DNA of 64,000 nt from an uncultured bacterium (GTDB lineage: Bacteria; Chlamydiota; Chlamydiia; Chlamydiales; JAAZZY01): the NCBI GenBank assembly GCA_964350945.1, contig CAYGLF010000001.1:176083-240082 (forward strand). The letters run 5' to 3'. Shown piece after piece: positions 1 through 10,747 of the stretch; the stretch's first letter is position 1, and each line of letters starts with the position of its first letter. The notes beneath the pieces were generated by a model, which saw only the letters and a program-made list of their open reading frames with translations, searched no databases and was not told where the DNA came from. Made by a program: the position numbers and the translations under genes.

Positions 1-2
1 AA

Positions 3-629
3 AAAAATAAAGATTTCTTCGATGTCTCTGCTCAAAAAAACATCTTTTCAAAGTTTGAAAAAAAACAACCGACGCTTCTCTATGCTCCCACTTGGCATGA
101 CAAAAACAATTCCTCTTCTGTTTTAAAGGCCACCTCTAAACTCCTAGAAACCCTTCCAGCTCACCTCAACTTACTCATTAAGTTACACCCTCTTTTGAAA
201 ATGGATCTTCCAAATAAAGGTTCTTTCAATGAGCTTTATCAGCTACTGCTCCCCTACCTTGAAAAGCCCAACCTACAAGTTCATTCCCTCTTCCCCCATA
301 TGCACTCTCTTTTAAGCCATGTGGATGGATACATCGGAGATTATTCATCAGTCGGCTATGACGCCTTAGCTTTTAATATCCCTCTATTTTTTATCAACCA
401 TAAGCAACGTGACCCTTTAAATGACCCGTCTGCCCTCCTCTTAAAATCAGGAGTCAATATTTCCTTAAAAGATCTTAATCGTCTCTACTCAATCGTTGAA
501 AACCATCTCGATCAAGAACCCTATGAATATGCAGCAATTAGACAGCAAATCTATCACTATGCTTTTGGAAAAGATCTTTCTTATAAAGAAGTGGCTCAGA
601 ACTTGAAAAAACTATGTCATAAATATTAA
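3..629 (+). CDS. TagF/TagB-like CDP-glycerol (polyol-phosphate) glycerophosphotransferase family protein, 5' end cut by window edge
   Basis: Frame 3 is open from nt 3 (KNKDFFDVSAQKNIFSKFEKKQPTLLYAPTWHDKNNSSSVLKA...) and runs into the listed 195..629 ORF. It is colinear with the C-terminal ~210 aa of the next gene. Motifs YAPTWHD, KLHPLL and GDYSSVGYDALAFNIPLFF resemble the Glyphos_transf family. Confidence 0.6.
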   Translation, partial: KNKDFFDVSAQKNIFSKFEKKQPTLLYAPTWHDKNNSSSVLKATSKLLETLPAHLNLLIKLHPLLKMDLPNKGSFNELYQLLLPYLEKPNLQVHSLFPHMHSLLSHVDGYIGDYSSVGYDALAFNIPLFFINHKQRDPLNDPSALLLKSGVNISLKDLNRLYSIVENHLDQEPYEYAAIRQQIYHYAFGKDLSYKEVAQNLKKLCHKY

Positions 630-675
630 AAAAAGAATAAACAAAATCTTATTAGCTAACTCATCAAAGGCTCCC

Positions 676-1836
676 TTGAAACCTTCCAATTCCTTCTCTG
701 TCCATCACTTTATTCCTCCCACAAATAAAAGAGGAGCCTGCGTGCTCATGGGGCCCCTAGAGTCTTTTTTTGACCATAGTGTTCCGATTTGCTCTTTATT
801 AGACATTCCTCTTATTTGCACATCCCCGCAATTGCTATTTAAGCTAAAGCATTTTTATCCTCCCTTTGCCTTCAAGCTGATTCCTGAGCTTGCCCTTGAA
901 CATTTGATCAAAGATTACTCGAGTATTTTCTATGGCTTTAGCATTTACCCACATACCTTTAGAGAGCAGATAAATCAAAAAATTGAAGAAAAAGACAACC
1001 TTGACCTCTGGGAAAAACCAACTCAATTTATCTACCACTTACATGGCTGCTCTGACAAGCATTGGTTTCAACCCGTAGGACACCTTAGTGATACTGATCA
1101 GATCCTTGTATATGGAGAGCGGATGCTTGATATCTTCAAAAGTTCAGGGTTTGATGAAAGAGCAACCACTTTTAGTAAAGTGGGAAATTATCGCCTCACC
1201 TATTACCAAAAACACAAGGATTTCTTTGATGCGTCTGCAGAAAAAAATATTTTTTCTAAGTTTGAGAAAAAGCAGTTAACTCTTCTTTATGCTCCTACCT
1301 GGCATGACAAAGATGACTCCTCTTCAGTCTTAAAGGCCCTTGGCGATCTTATTGAGAATCTTCCTAGGCACATCAATTTACTGGTCAAACTCCACCCTCT
1401 TTTAAAAATGGATATGGAGCAAAAAGGGTCGACCAAAAAACTTAGTCAACTACTTGAGCATTACCTTAACAAACCCAACTTACAGGTTTCATTTTCTTTC
1501 CCACATATCTACTCTCTTCTCAATAAAGTTGATGTCTATCTAGGAGATTACTCTTCAGTTGGCTATGATGCACTTTACTTTAACATCCCCCTTTTTTTTC
1601 TCAACCATGATGACCGCAATTCTCTTGCTGATCCTTCTGCCTACCTTTTGAAAGCTGGGCATAATCTACACCTAAAAGATCTAAAAAATATCTACTCAAA
1701 TATAGAAAAAGAGCTCCCACTAGACTCTCTCAAATACAGCAAAATTCGAAAACAGATTTATGAATATGCTTTTGGCAAAGATCTTCCCTACCAAGAAGTT
1801 GTCCAAAACTATCAAAACATACTAACAGGGTACTGA
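676..1836 (+). CDS. TagF/TagB-like CDP-glycerol (polyol-phosphate) glycerophosphotransferase family protein (tandem paralog)
   Basis: 386-aa ORF with motifs YAPTWHD, VKLHPLL and GDYSSVGYDALYFNIPLFF. The listed start is TTG at 676; ATG at 748 (MGPLESFF) is an alternative. Confidence 0.6.
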   Translation: MKPSNSFSVHHFIPPTNKRGACVLMGPLESFFDHSVPICSLLDIPLICTSPQLLFKLKHFYPPFAFKLIPELALEHLIKDYSSIFYGFSIYPHTFREQINQKIEEKDNLDLWEKPTQFIYHLHGCSDKHWFQPVGHLSDTDQILVYGERMLDIFKSSGFDERATTFSKVGNYRLTYYQKHKDFFDASAEKNIFSKFEKKQLTLLYAPTWHDKDDSSSVLKALGDLIENLPRHINLLVKLHPLLKMDMEQKGSTKKLSQLLEHYLNKPNLQVSFSFPHIYSLLNKVDVYLGDYSSVGYDALYFNIPLFFLNHDDRNSLADPSAYLLKAGHNLHLKDLKNIYSNIEKELPLDSLKYSKIRKQIYEYAFGKDLPYQEVVQNYQNILTGY

Positions 1837-1895
1837 AGCAGAAGAAGAGGTCCCTGAATTCAACTAGGGAGTCACTTTTTTTAAAGTTTTTTAGC

Positions 1896-2375
1896 TTAAC
1901 TATTTGAATGCTCAAGTTCATTAATAAACTGAACTTTAAGTTTGTTGACGTCACTAAGAGGGACATCTTTTTTAACCAGTGCGTAAATTTCAGAGGTTTT
2001 AGGATCTTCAAAAAAGAGTCTATTTTCTTTTTTGATCTCACTGCGAAGAACGAGTTGCTTTTTGCGTCTTAAATACTGAGCTACAAAAAAGAGGTACTCT
2101 AAATCTTCATTTTTATAGGCAGAAAGAAAGATCTCCATAGCTCGTTCGTCGGGGGTTAAAACTTTTTTCTCTCTTTTTAATTCTATGTGCCAATGACCCC
2201 AAATATTCTCTCCACAAAGAGCTTCATTAAAGCAATTGTGACAGTAATCTTTACGTAAAGGGGCCTCTTCCTCTCCTTCTACAGTTGAGAAGATCTGATC
2301 ATTATCTTCAAAGCGCTTGTTACATTCAATACAGCTTCTTTGTCGTGCGGGTATTTTAAACTGGAAGGGATTCAT
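1896..2375 (-). CDS. hypothetical protein with two CxxC pairs (zinc-ribbon-like N-terminus)
   Basis: 159-aa ORF with CIEC...CHNC in the first 50 aa. It is last in the minus-strand cluster and overlaps the holA-like stop by 20 nt. Confidence 0.4.
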   Translation of the reverse strand: MNPFQFKIPARQRSCIECNKRFEDNDQIFSTVEGEEEAPLRKDYCHNCFNEALCGENIWGHWHIELKREKKVLTPDERAMEIFLSAYKNEDLEYLFFVAQYLRRKKQLVLRSEIKKENRLFFEDPKTSEIYALVKKDVPLSDVNKLKVQFINELEHSNS

Positions 2376-3342
2376 TCATTAAACCAATTTTCAGCAGTAG
2401 TAGACTTTGTAAAAACTCTTCATTACACGTTTGGTTTTTTGCGATCAACTCAATTTCAAAGAGAATAGCTAGCATTTTTTTAAATTGCTCAGATGTATGC
2501 TGAGCACTCCACTGAATATTTTTATCTAAAAAAGTGCCCCTTAGCTGCGGGTAATATTGACCGATATCTTTGACCGCTAATCCCTTAATCCTAAAATTTC
2601 TCTGAAAGATGGTCCGCAATGAATAAATTAAAAGCATCATTGGGAATTTATGTGAATGAATTAAAAAAAGGGCTTCTTTGAGGTTATTTTCTAGTAAAGC
2701 TTGTCCTATTTTGAATAAAGAGCTTTGAGAGTAAGAACCTAAAAGTTTTAAATCTTCACGACACACCTCATTTTTCCCATTCAAATAGCAGATCAGTTTT
2801 TCGATCTCTTGATCAATGATTGCAGCCTTAGAGTCACTCATTTTCACCATCTGGCTAGCTAATGCTGAAGATATTTTTAGTTGATTCTCTGAAAATTTCT
2901 GGACTATCTCAAACATCAAGCGCTTGTCTCGATCCCATGGTTTTTCTTGAGTTAAGTCCAAAATAATCCCACTTTTATTAAACGCGCTTAACTCTTTAGG
3001 CATGGAAGCTGCCGTTAAGATCAAGCGCAACGGGTCTCTTTTTTTCTCTGTGGCTTGAAGAAGTTTTTTTAAAAGAGGCTTTGTAAGCTTGGAGATCTCA
3101 TAAATACAAACCACTTTATTTTCCGAAAACATCGAATGGGTCTCTAATATTTCACTGAGTTTTTGCAACGTCAACTCAGCCCCCGTATATATTTCGGGGT
3201 TTTTATGAAGATCCAATAACTTTTTGGCCACTTTTTGTTGAATATAGCTCTCCGGGTCTAGAATAAGATACACATTACACAGGTGCTCTATGCTAGCGGT
3301 CTCTATATGCTTTTGGAAAGCTTTTACATTTGTAAACTTCAT
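2356..3342 (-). CDS. holA: DNA polymerase III delta subunit-like protein
   Basis: 328 aa. Overall pattern is typical of HolA: N-terminal LILDPES, then 'MFSENKVVCIYE', 'EIEKLICYL', and a C-terminal helical domain. The 4-nt ATGA overlap with the upstream gene suggests translational coupling. Confidence 0.55.
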   Translation of the reverse strand: MKFTNVKAFQKHIETASIEHLCNVYLILDPESYIQQKVAKKLLDLHKNPEIYTGAELTLQKLSEILETHSMFSENKVVCIYEISKLTKPLLKKLLQATEKKRDPLRLILTAASMPKELSAFNKSGIILDLTQEKPWDRDKRLMFEIVQKFSENQLKISSALASQMVKMSDSKAAIIDQEIEKLICYLNGKNEVCREDLKLLGSYSQSSLFKIGQALLENNLKEALFLIHSHKFPMMLLIYSLRTIFQRNFRIKGLAVKDIGQYYPQLRGTFLDKNIQWSAQHTSEQFKKMLAILFEIELIAKNQTCNEEFLQSLLLLKIGLMNESLPV

Positions 3343-4172
3343 ATAGAAAACATCTTATTGAGAAATGGAATCAAAAGAGGGAAAGAACAATCTAAACTGT
3401 TCAGTAGTAGCAGAGCTTCTTGAACAGTTTCTTCGATCAAAGAACGAGCTTCTTCGTCTGTTTTCAGAGAGAAAATGGTAAATTTTTCACATTTTTCGTC
3501 TTTGTGTTTACCCAAAAAATCATTTTGAATTTGAAAAGCCCAGCCAATTTTTTGCCCAACTTCACGTAGAACTTTTTGGTTGCTCTGGTATCGGTTGGCT
3601 AAAATGGCCCCAAATTCAAGAGCACAGCAAAAAAGAGAGGATGTTTTTCTCATATAAATGCTTAAAAGCTCATAGATATGTCCATTTTTTCCCCCCATTT
3701 GTAAATCTAAGAGCTGGCCTTCTAAAAGCTGCTGCCCCCCACTATAGTAACTTAAAAGCTTGATAAGCTCTACTTTTTGATCGTTAGAGATGTGAGGACT
3801 CTGTGATATCATTGCAAAAGATTCTGTAAGTAAGAAGTCTCCACACAAAACAGCCGTGGCTTCGTCAAATGCTTTATGTACAGTCAGTTTCCCGCGCCTT
3901 AGATCATCATCATCCATGCAGGGCAGGTCATCGTGCACCAACGTGTAGTTATGGACAAACTCTAAACTAGAAGCTGCATCAAAAGCATGGTCTACTTCTT
4001 GGCACAGATCATAACACGTTAGTAAAACTAGTAGGGGACGAATTCTTTTCCCTCCGCTGCCAATTGCATAGCGGGCTGCCTCATAGAGAGTTTTTTCCTC
4101 TCTTGAAATATGACTTGAAAGATTTTCCTCTAGTCTATCTAGAAGTTGCTTGGATATTGATTTGATTTGCAT
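3339..4172 (-). CDS. polyprenyl diphosphate synthase (IspA/GGPPS family)
   Basis: GKRIRPLL followed by the first Asp-rich motif HDDLPCMDDDDLRRGK. The second motif reads FQIQNDFLG, not DDxxD. Start is placed at MQIKSISK (ATG 4172); the longer listed ORF (to 4268) would run deep into ugd. Confidence 0.75.
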   Translation of the reverse strand: MQIKSISKQLLDRLEENLSSHISREEKTLYEAARYAIGSGGKRIRPLLVLLTCYDLCQEVDHAFDAASSLEFVHNYTLVHDDLPCMDDDDLRRGKLTVHKAFDEATAVLCGDFLLTESFAMISQSPHISNDQKVELIKLLSYYSGGQQLLEGQLLDLQMGGKNGHIYELLSIYMRKTSSLFCCALEFGAILANRYQSNQKVLREVGQKIGWAFQIQNDFLGKHKDEKCEKFTIFSLKTDEEARSLIEETVQEALLLLNSLDCSFPLLIPFLNKMFSI

Positions 4173-5502
4173 ATACACTCTTTTTGCCGACACAGATGTA
4201 ATCAAAGCCTTTTTGTGCCATATCATCAGGTTCATACTGATTTCTACCATCAAAAAAAGCTTTACCATTCATTGTACTTAATACTTCATTAAATTCAACA
4301 AAACGAAATTGTCGCCACTCTGTCATGAGTACCACTGCATCTGCATCTGCACAAGCATCAAGCTCAGAAGAACACCAGGTAATCTGATCCTCAAGTCCTT
4401 TTAAATATAATTTTGCATTTTCCATAGCAATCGGATCGTAAAGTTTAAAATGTACCCCATGCTCATAGAGCAATTTGATAAGAGTCAACGCTGGAGCCTG
4501 ACGCATATCATCCGTATCCGGCTTAAAGCTAAGCCCCCAAACCGCAATGGTTTTACCCTCTAGATCTCCCTCAAAATACTGGTGGATTTTCTGGGGCATG
4601 AGTTGCTTTTGCTTTTGATTCACACTTTCAATTGCATCGAGCATATCTGTAGAGCAACCAATTTTTTTTGCAGTCGTTCGAAAGGCTTTAATATCTTTAG
4701 GGAAACACGACCCTCCATAACCCACTCCTGGATATAAAAAGTGCGTGCCAAGTCTTCGGTCAGCTCCAATAGCCTTGCGCACCTTCCCTACATTAGCCCC
4801 TACTTTTTCACAAATTCCAGCAATCTCATTCATGAATGAAATGCGCGAAGCTAGCATGGCATTGGCAGCATATTTTGAAATTTCAGCAGAAAAAATATCC
4901 ATGATAAGCATTTTATCGTGATTAATAGAAAAAGAAGAGTAAATCTCTTGCAAAGCTTTCACAGCTCTTGGATCTTCTGCCCCTACAATAATACGATCAG
5001 GTTTCATAAAGTCGTAGACAGCGCTCCCCTCTTTGAGAAACTCTGGATTCGAAGCCACACAAAAAGGAATCTGTTTGTCTAGCTCATCAAGTCTATTTTG
5101 AATAATGGTTTCAATGCGAGCGGCTGTCCCTACAGGAACTGTGGACTTATTTACAATAATGTAAGGGTCGTCCATATGCTCCGCAATTTGCAAGGCAGCC
5201 TGGTCGACATACTTAAGCTCTGCTGATTCATCTTCAGCTTGGGGAGTGGACACTGCAATAAAAGCAATGACCGAGCGCTGCACCCCTTCTTGGTAGTCTG
5301 TTGTGAAAAATAACCTTTTATTTTTCATATTACGCTTAACAAGCTCATCAAGACCTGGTTCATAAAATGGGACAATTCCTTGCTTTAAAGTTTCAACTTT
5401 TTTAGCATCTATATCTAGGCAAGTTACCTGATGCCCCATCTCAGCAAAACACGTTGCAGAAACCAAGCCCACATATCCCGCTCCAACCACTAAAATTTCC
5501 AT
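4135..5502 (-). CDS. ugd: UDP-glucose 6-dehydrogenase
   Basis: N-terminal Rossmann motif MEILVVGAGYVGL, then NPEFLKEG and catalytic-Cys context GGSCFPKD. 455 aa. Confidence 0.9.
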   Translation of the reverse strand: MEILVVGAGYVGLVSATCFAEMGHQVTCLDIDAKKVETLKQGIVPFYEPGLDELVKRNMKNKRLFFTTDYQEGVQRSVIAFIAVSTPQAEDESAELKYVDQAALQIAEHMDDPYIIVNKSTVPVGTAARIETIIQNRLDELDKQIPFCVASNPEFLKEGSAVYDFMKPDRIIVGAEDPRAVKALQEIYSSFSINHDKMLIMDIFSAEISKYAANAMLASRISFMNEIAGICEKVGANVGKVRKAIGADRRLGTHFLYPGVGYGGSCFPKDIKAFRTTAKKIGCSTDMLDAIESVNQKQKQLMPQKIHQYFEGDLEGKTIAVWGLSFKPDTDDMRQAPALTLIKLLYEHGVHFKLYDPIAMENAKLYLKGLEDQITWCSSELDACADADAVVLMTEWRQFRFVEFNEVLSTMNGKAFFDGRNQYEPDDMAQKGFDYICVGKKSVYANQINIQATSR

Positions 5503-5504
5503 AA

Positions 5505-6530
5505 TTATTCCCAGTTTAAAATAACTTTACCCGACTGACCTGATAGGATCAGTTCGAAAGCTTTTTCATATTCCTCTTTTGCAAAACGATGAGTGATTGT
5601 CGGTTTAATATCTAGACCACTTTTTAATAAGTTGGTCCCCTTATGCCACGTTTCAAAAATTTCACGCCCTGAAATTCCTTTAATCTCTAGCCCTTTCATC
5701 ACAATATCGTTCCAAGAGGTTTCCACTTTTCCTGGACAGATCCCCAGTAGAGCGGCTTTCCCTCCCTTCATTAGATTCTTGAAAATTGATTCAAGGGCCA
5801 CGGCACTTCCTGCAGACTCAAGAGCCACATCAAACCCTACTTTAATCCCTGCTTTTTTCATGACTTCTTCAATGGATTGATTGTTGACATTCACAGTATG
5901 TGTTGCACCCATTTTTTTAGCTAAGTCTAGGCGAAAATCAAAGAGATCTGATGCGATCACAGTGCGCGCTCCCACTTTTTTGGCAATACCACAAGCCATC
6001 AAACCAATGGGGCCAGCACCAACTACCCAAACATCTTCTCCAACAAGATCAAAGGAAAGGGCCATATGAACCGCGTTTCCATAAGGATCTAAGACACTCG
6101 CCACTTCATCATCTATCGAAGGATCAAGTAAAAAGACATTCTCTTCAGGAACCACCACATATTCAGCAAAACCGCCATTACAGTGAACCCCAATCCCTAT
6201 CATGTTCACACAAAGGTTTTTAAACCCTCTAGTACAGTTTCTACAGTGATTACAACCAATTCTCCCTTCTACAGAGACACGATCACCAACTTTAAAACGT
6301 GTTGCACTCGTTCCCAGCTGAACAATTTCCCCCATAAATTCGTGACCAATAGTCAATGGGACAGGAACCGTTTTTTGTGACCAATCATCCCATTCGTAGA
6401 TATGGACATCGGTCCCGCAAATCGATGATTTCTTCACACGTATCATCACTTGCGTTGCTGAAGGGGTCGGTTCTTTGATGTCTTCTAACCAAAGTCCTTT
6501 TCTAGCCTCTTTTTTCACGAGAGCTTTCAT
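5505..6530 (-). CDS. tdh: L-threonine 3-dehydrogenase
   Basis: Zn-ADH signature ICGTDVHIY...GHEFMGEIV and structural-Zn Cys cluster CNHCRNC. 341 aa, adjacent to kbl. Confidence 0.9.
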   Translation of the reverse strand: MKALVKKEARKGLWLEDIKEPTPSATQVMIRVKKSSICGTDVHIYEWDDWSQKTVPVPLTIGHEFMGEIVQLGTSATRFKVGDRVSVEGRIGCNHCRNCTRGFKNLCVNMIGIGVHCNGGFAEYVVVPEENVFLLDPSIDDEVASVLDPYGNAVHMALSFDLVGEDVWVVGAGPIGLMACGIAKKVGARTVIASDLFDFRLDLAKKMGATHTVNVNNQSIEEVMKKAGIKVGFDVALESAGSAVALESIFKNLMKGGKAALLGICPGKVETSWNDIVMKGLEIKGISGREIFETWHKGTNLLKSGLDIKPTITHRFAKEEYEKAFELILSGQSGKVILNWE

Positions 6531-7738
6531 ATACTAGCTCCTTTAATAATTCCTAATTTCTTACCCACTTTTTCAAAAGCCATAATCGCACGATCTAGAT
6601 CTTGTACTGAATGTGCTGCTGAGATCTGTGTGCGGATCCGCGCTTGACCTTGAGGAACCACCGGAAATGAAAATCCAATCACATAAATTCCTTCTTTCAA
6701 AAGTTCTTCTGCCATCAAAGATGCAATCTTAGCATCATGAAGCATCACAGGGATAATAGGATGATCTTTTCCAGCTAAACTAAAACCAAGCTCCGTCATT
6801 TTACGGCGGAAATATTCACTGTTTTCTTTTAACTTCTTGCGTAGCTGATCGCCCTTTTCTAAAAGCTCAAAGACCTTGATTGAGGCCTGACAAATCGCAG
6901 GAGCTAGTGAATTTGAAAATAGGTAAGGACGCGAGCGCTGGCGCAGCCAAGCAATAATTTCCTTACGACCTGAAGTGTAGCCCCCTGAAGCCCCTCCAAG
7001 AGCCTTTCCGAAGGTTCCTGTTAGGATATCGATACGCCCTAAAACTTCGCAATACTCAGGTGTCCCTATTCCGCGCTCTCCAATAAAACCTGTTGCATGA
7101 CAGTCATCGACAAAAACAAGTGCTTGATATTGATCTGCAAGATCGCAAATACCTTTCAGGTTGGCAATAATTCCATCCATTGAAAAAACCCCGTCGGTCA
7201 CAATCATTTTCACTTGGGCACCCGCAGCATCTGCTTCTTTGAGTTTTTCTTCGAGATCGTGTAAGTCATTATTACGATAGCGGAATCTTTTGGCCTTACA
7301 AAGGCGAATGCCATCAATAATGCTCGCGTGATTTAAAGAATCTGAAATAACAGCATCATCTGGGCCTAAAAGCGTTTCAAAACAACCTCCATTTGCGTCA
7401 AAGCAAGAAGAGTACAGAATGGTGTCTTCCATGTGCAAAAACTGAGAGACCTTTTGTTCCAGCTGTTTATGAACATTTTGCGTTCCACATATAAAACGAA
7501 CCGATGCCGTTCCAAATCCAAAACGATGAATCCCCTCTACTGCTGCTTGCTCAACCTCTGGGCTGTGAGCAAGCCCCAGGTAATTGTTAGCGCAGAAGTT
7601 GAGAACTTTTGATCCCCTTTCAAGGGATATCTGTGCAGATTGTGGGCTTGATATAATACGCTCTTCTTTAAACAAACCTTGGCTTTTCAGCTCTTCTGTT
7701 TGTAAATTTAGTTTTTCTAAAAATAGTGAATTTGCCAT
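6527..7738 (-). CDS. kbl: glycine C-acetyltransferase (2-amino-3-ketobutyrate CoA ligase)
   Basis: Alpha-oxoamine synthase pattern [27 protein letters not shown]. 4-nt overlap with tdh. Confidence 0.9.
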   Translation of the reverse strand: MANSLFLEKLNLQTEELKSQGLFKEERIISSPQSAQISLERGSKVLNFCANNYLGLAHSPEVEQAAVEGIHRFGFGTASVRFICGTQNVHKQLEQKVSQFLHMEDTILYSSCFDANGGCFETLLGPDDAVISDSLNHASIIDGIRLCKAKRFRYRNNDLHDLEEKLKEADAAGAQVKMIVTDGVFSMDGIIANLKGICDLADQYQALVFVDDCHATGFIGERGIGTPEYCEVLGRIDILTGTFGKALGGASGGYTSGRKEIIAWLRQRSRPYLFSNSLAPAICQASIKVFELLEKGDQLRKKLKENSEYFRRKMTELGFSLAGKDHPIIPVMLHDAKIASLMAEELLKEGIYVIGFSFPVVPQGQARIRTQISAAHSVQDLDRAIMAFEKVGKKLGIIKGASI

Positions 7739-7754
7739 ACTTATTCCTTATTAT

Positions 7755-8594
7755 TTATCGCAGCTTTCCAACCCAACCGAGTTTTGTTCTAAGGGTTGCA
7801 AAATAATCATGCCTAGAGAGTCTAACAATACGCAGCTTTTTTTCGTGCTTTTTTATTCGAAGTGACATCATTTGACCCATTTTTCCTTGGGAAATCCCGT
7901 CAAAGACAGCCTCTAGGGGGTACTTTCCTCTCAAATATTGAATTTCGATCTCATGGCGAGGAGATAATACAATGGGTCGATTGGAGATGGTGTGGGCGCA
8001 TACTGGTGTTAAAACGACTGCCTCTAGCTCAGGTGTTAAGATAGGTCCTCCTGCAGCTAGTGAATATGCTGTAGAACCATTTGGAGTAGCAATAATCATT
8101 CCATCAGCCTCAAAGGTGTTGATAAGGCCTCCATTGACCTTGATGGCAAACTCCACTAAATTGGAACGATTGGAGCGATGCACCACTATATCATTGAGAG
8201 CAAACCCCTCTAAATCATTCATTTTAGCTTGAAGCATCATCCTATTTTCCACTCGATAGGCCCCTTCTATAAGATCTACCAGTGAAATCTCAATTTCATT
8301 TAAGGGAATATCTGCCATAAAGCCAAGGTGGCCTAGGTTAATCCCAATGATCGGGATATCAAACTGTTTGTATCTGTGAATCAAACGTAGGATGGTTCCA
8401 TCCCCACCCATTGAAATTAAGAACTGTAGCTTTTTAAAATCAACGCTTGATAAGGGGGGCGCTTTAAAAAGCTCGGAATATTGATCTTCAACAACAACCA
8501 TCACTCCGTATTTAGCAAGTATCTCAATAACCTGGTGGGTATATTGCTTTGAAAACTTGTTATCAATTTTTGGGAACAGTGCAATTTGCATCAT
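7755..8594 (-). CDS. nadK: NAD kinase
   Basis: GGDGTILR motif and [16 protein letters not shown] motif. 279 aa. Confidence 0.9.
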   Translation of the reverse strand: MMQIALFPKIDNKFSKQYTHQVIEILAKYGVMVVVEDQYSELFKAPPLSSVDFKKLQFLISMGGDGTILRLIHRYKQFDIPIIGINLGHLGFMADIPLNEIEISLVDLIEGAYRVENRMMLQAKMNDLEGFALNDIVVHRSNRSNLVEFAIKVNGGLINTFEADGMIIATPNGSTAYSLAAGGPILTPELEAVVLTPVCAHTISNRPIVLSPRHEIEIQYLRGKYPLEAVFDGISQGKMGQMMSLRIKKHEKKLRIVRLSRHDYFATLRTKLGWVGKLR

Positions 8595-10465
8595 AAAGTC
8601 GCCATTTGAAGAGCTTCTAAACGAAAGCTTTCCATAACATCCTCTACAATCTGCTCTGGGAGCAGACGAATTTCTTCAAGCAATTCAGCGCGACTTCCCT
8701 GCTGCAAATAAAGGTCAGGGATACCTTTATTTAAAACACGTACATGAGATAAGTGATTTTGAATCAGAAACTGATTCACGCTGTTTCCTAATCCCCCTTG
8801 GAGTGAGTGTTCTTCGAGGGTGAGAACCATAGAATGAGTTTCAAAAAGCTGGGTTAAAGCTGTTTCATCAAGGGGTTTTACAAAGACAGGGTCAAAAATA
8901 GAACTGTTGATCCCTTTTGATTTTAAGATTTCATGAACTTGCATAGCTTCCCGATTCATATGGCCGAGCGCAATAATTAAAAGATCTTTACCCAAAGCTA
9001 AAATCTCCCCCTTTCCAAGTTTTCTATTAACCTTTGGCTCTTTATCATTCTCAGTAATCATATTTGGATAGCGAATTGCCGTAGGAAGGTTCCATTCAAA
9101 AGCGACATTCAAAAGCTCTTTGAGTACTTGACCATCCCGTGGTTGGCAGATAACCATATTTGGCATTACTTTCAAAAATCCAATATCATAAATTCCATGA
9201 TGTGTCGGACCGTCAGCAGCTGAGATTCCTGCTCGGTCGACTGCAAAAACAACAGGGATATGCTGCAGGCATATATCATGAAAAACATTATCCATCGCCC
9301 TTTGTAAAAAAGTAGCATAAATAGATGATATCACTTTCAATTCTCTGGAATAGGCGATTCCTCCACAATATGTCACGCTGTGGGGTTCTGCAATTCCAAC
9401 ATCAATGCATCTCTTTGGAAATGCTTCTTTAAAAGAGTCTAAGCAAGAGCCATAGGACATTGCAGGGGTTACCGCGATAATCTGAGCATCTTTCTTTCCC
9501 ATTTCTAAAAGATGGCGACCAAAAACTTTGGGAAAGGTTGGTTTGAGCGAGGGGTTAGGTAAAAATTTACCTGATTCAGGATTAAAGGGCTTTGCACCAT
9601 GATGAGAGATCGGATTGCGCATCGCCTCTGGCATTCCCTTTCCTTTGGTTGTAAGAACATGAAGCAGACAAGGGCTTCTACTCTTTTTTAAGGAGGAGAG
9701 TGTGGCAATGAGTTTTTCGATATCGTGACCATCGATGGGGCCAACATAGTTAAGTCCATATTGCTCAAAAAATGTTGCGGGATAGTTTGCAAATCCTTCA
9801 GAGGAGACCACTCCGTTGGTTTGTGTCCAACGATGATTGTGGGCGCTCAAGGAATCCTGATCCATCGACTGTTCTTTCATTGAGGGGCTTCCAACCATAT
9901 GGCTTAATATATGGTTGATCGCTCCTACATTATTTGAAATCGACATCGCATTATCATTCAAAATGACGATGAAACGCTTGAGGTCATTTGGGAGATTGTT
10001 CAGGGCTTCTAAAACCATGCCACAAGTTAGGGTGGCATCGCCAATAACTGGAACGATATGTTCCTCACGTTGAAAAGTATCACGTGTCTTTGCAAGTCCT
10101 AATGCAAGAGAAAGCGCCGTTCCAGCATGCCCTGCATAAAAGTGATCATAGACTGATTCTTCAGGGTGAGAGAAACCACACAAACCTTTGTATTTACGAA
10201 TGCGTTCGAACTCAGAATACCTTCCTGTCAATAGTTTATGAGGGTATGTTTGGTGACTAACATCAAAAATTAATTTATCGATCGGTGTATTAAAAACGAC
10301 GTGCATTGCAATTGTTAACTCAACAATTCCTAGATTTGAGGAGAGGTGACCGCCATTTACTGAAAGTACTGAAATAATTCTGTGACGAATTTCATCTGCA
10401 AGCTCTTTAAGCTGCTCGATTGAATAATTTTTAAAATCTTGAGGATTGTTTATTTGAGAAAGCAT
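8591..10465 (-). CDS. dxs: 1-deoxy-D-xylulose-5-phosphate synthase
   Basis: 624 aa with [13 protein letters not shown], the [15 protein letters not shown] thiamine-PP motif and a transketolase-like C-terminus. Confidence 0.95.
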   Translation of the reverse strand: MLSQINNPQDFKNYSIEQLKELADEIRHRIISVLSVNGGHLSSNLGIVELTIAMHVVFNTPIDKLIFDVSHQTYPHKLLTGRYSEFERIRKYKGLCGFSHPEESVYDHFYAGHAGTALSLALGLAKTRDTFQREEHIVPVIGDATLTCGMVLEALNNLPNDLKRFIVILNDNAMSISNNVGAINHILSHMVGSPSMKEQSMDQDSLSAHNHRWTQTNGVVSSEGFANYPATFFEQYGLNYVGPIDGHDIEKLIATLSSLKKSRSPCLLHVLTTKGKGMPEAMRNPISHHGAKPFNPESGKFLPNPSLKPTFPKVFGRHLLEMGKKDAQIIAVTPAMSYGSCLDSFKEAFPKRCIDVGIAEPHSVTYCGGIAYSRELKVISSIYATFLQRAMDNVFHDICLQHIPVVFAVDRAGISAADGPTHHGIYDIGFLKVMPNMVICQPRDGQVLKELLNVAFEWNLPTAIRYPNMITENDKEPKVNRKLGKGEILALGKDLLIIALGHMNREAMQVHEILKSKGINSSIFDPVFVKPLDETALTQLFETHSMVLTLEEHSLQGGLGNSVNQFLIQNHLSHVRVLNKGIPDLYLQQGSRAELLEEIRLLPEQIVEDVMESFRLEALQMATL

Positions 10466-10468
10466 AAC

Positions 10469-10747
10469 TTAGTTAAGAGCACCTTCTTCAGGGTTTTGAG
10501 ATGAAAATGTTTCTGCAATAGGGTGTCCATGAGTGTCCAGTTCAAGGCCTTGATTCCGTTTTTTGATGAGCACTTCAACTTTTTTCTCAGCTCCTTTAAG
10601 GTGCTTTTGGCATTGTGCAATCAAGCGATCAGCCTCTTCGTAATACTTCAAAGAATTGTCCAGTGAAAGCTCCGAACCGTTCATCAGTTGCAAAATTTCT
10701 TCTAACCGTTTAAAGGCCTCTTCAAAGTTTAACACGTTGTCTTCCAT
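10469..10747 (-). CDS. xseB: exodeoxyribonuclease VII small subunit
   Basis: FEEAFKRLEEILQLMN...LSLDNSLKYYEEADRLIAQC is typical XseB. Start is placed at MEDNV (ATG 10747). Confidence 0.85.
   Translation of the reverse strand: MEDNVLNFEEAFKRLEEILQLMNGSELSLDNSLKYYEEADRLIAQCQKHLKGAEKKVEVLIKKRNQGLELDTHGHPIAETFSSQNPEEGALN

Noticed and set aside
5593-6380. Four plus-strand ORFs (5593-5880, 5881-6069, 5951-6223, 6183-6380) of 62-95 aa
   Set aside because: All lie antisense within the well-supported tdh gene. Their translations are low-complexity (Pro/Ser/Thr/Arg-rich) with no motifs. They are typical shadow ORFs.
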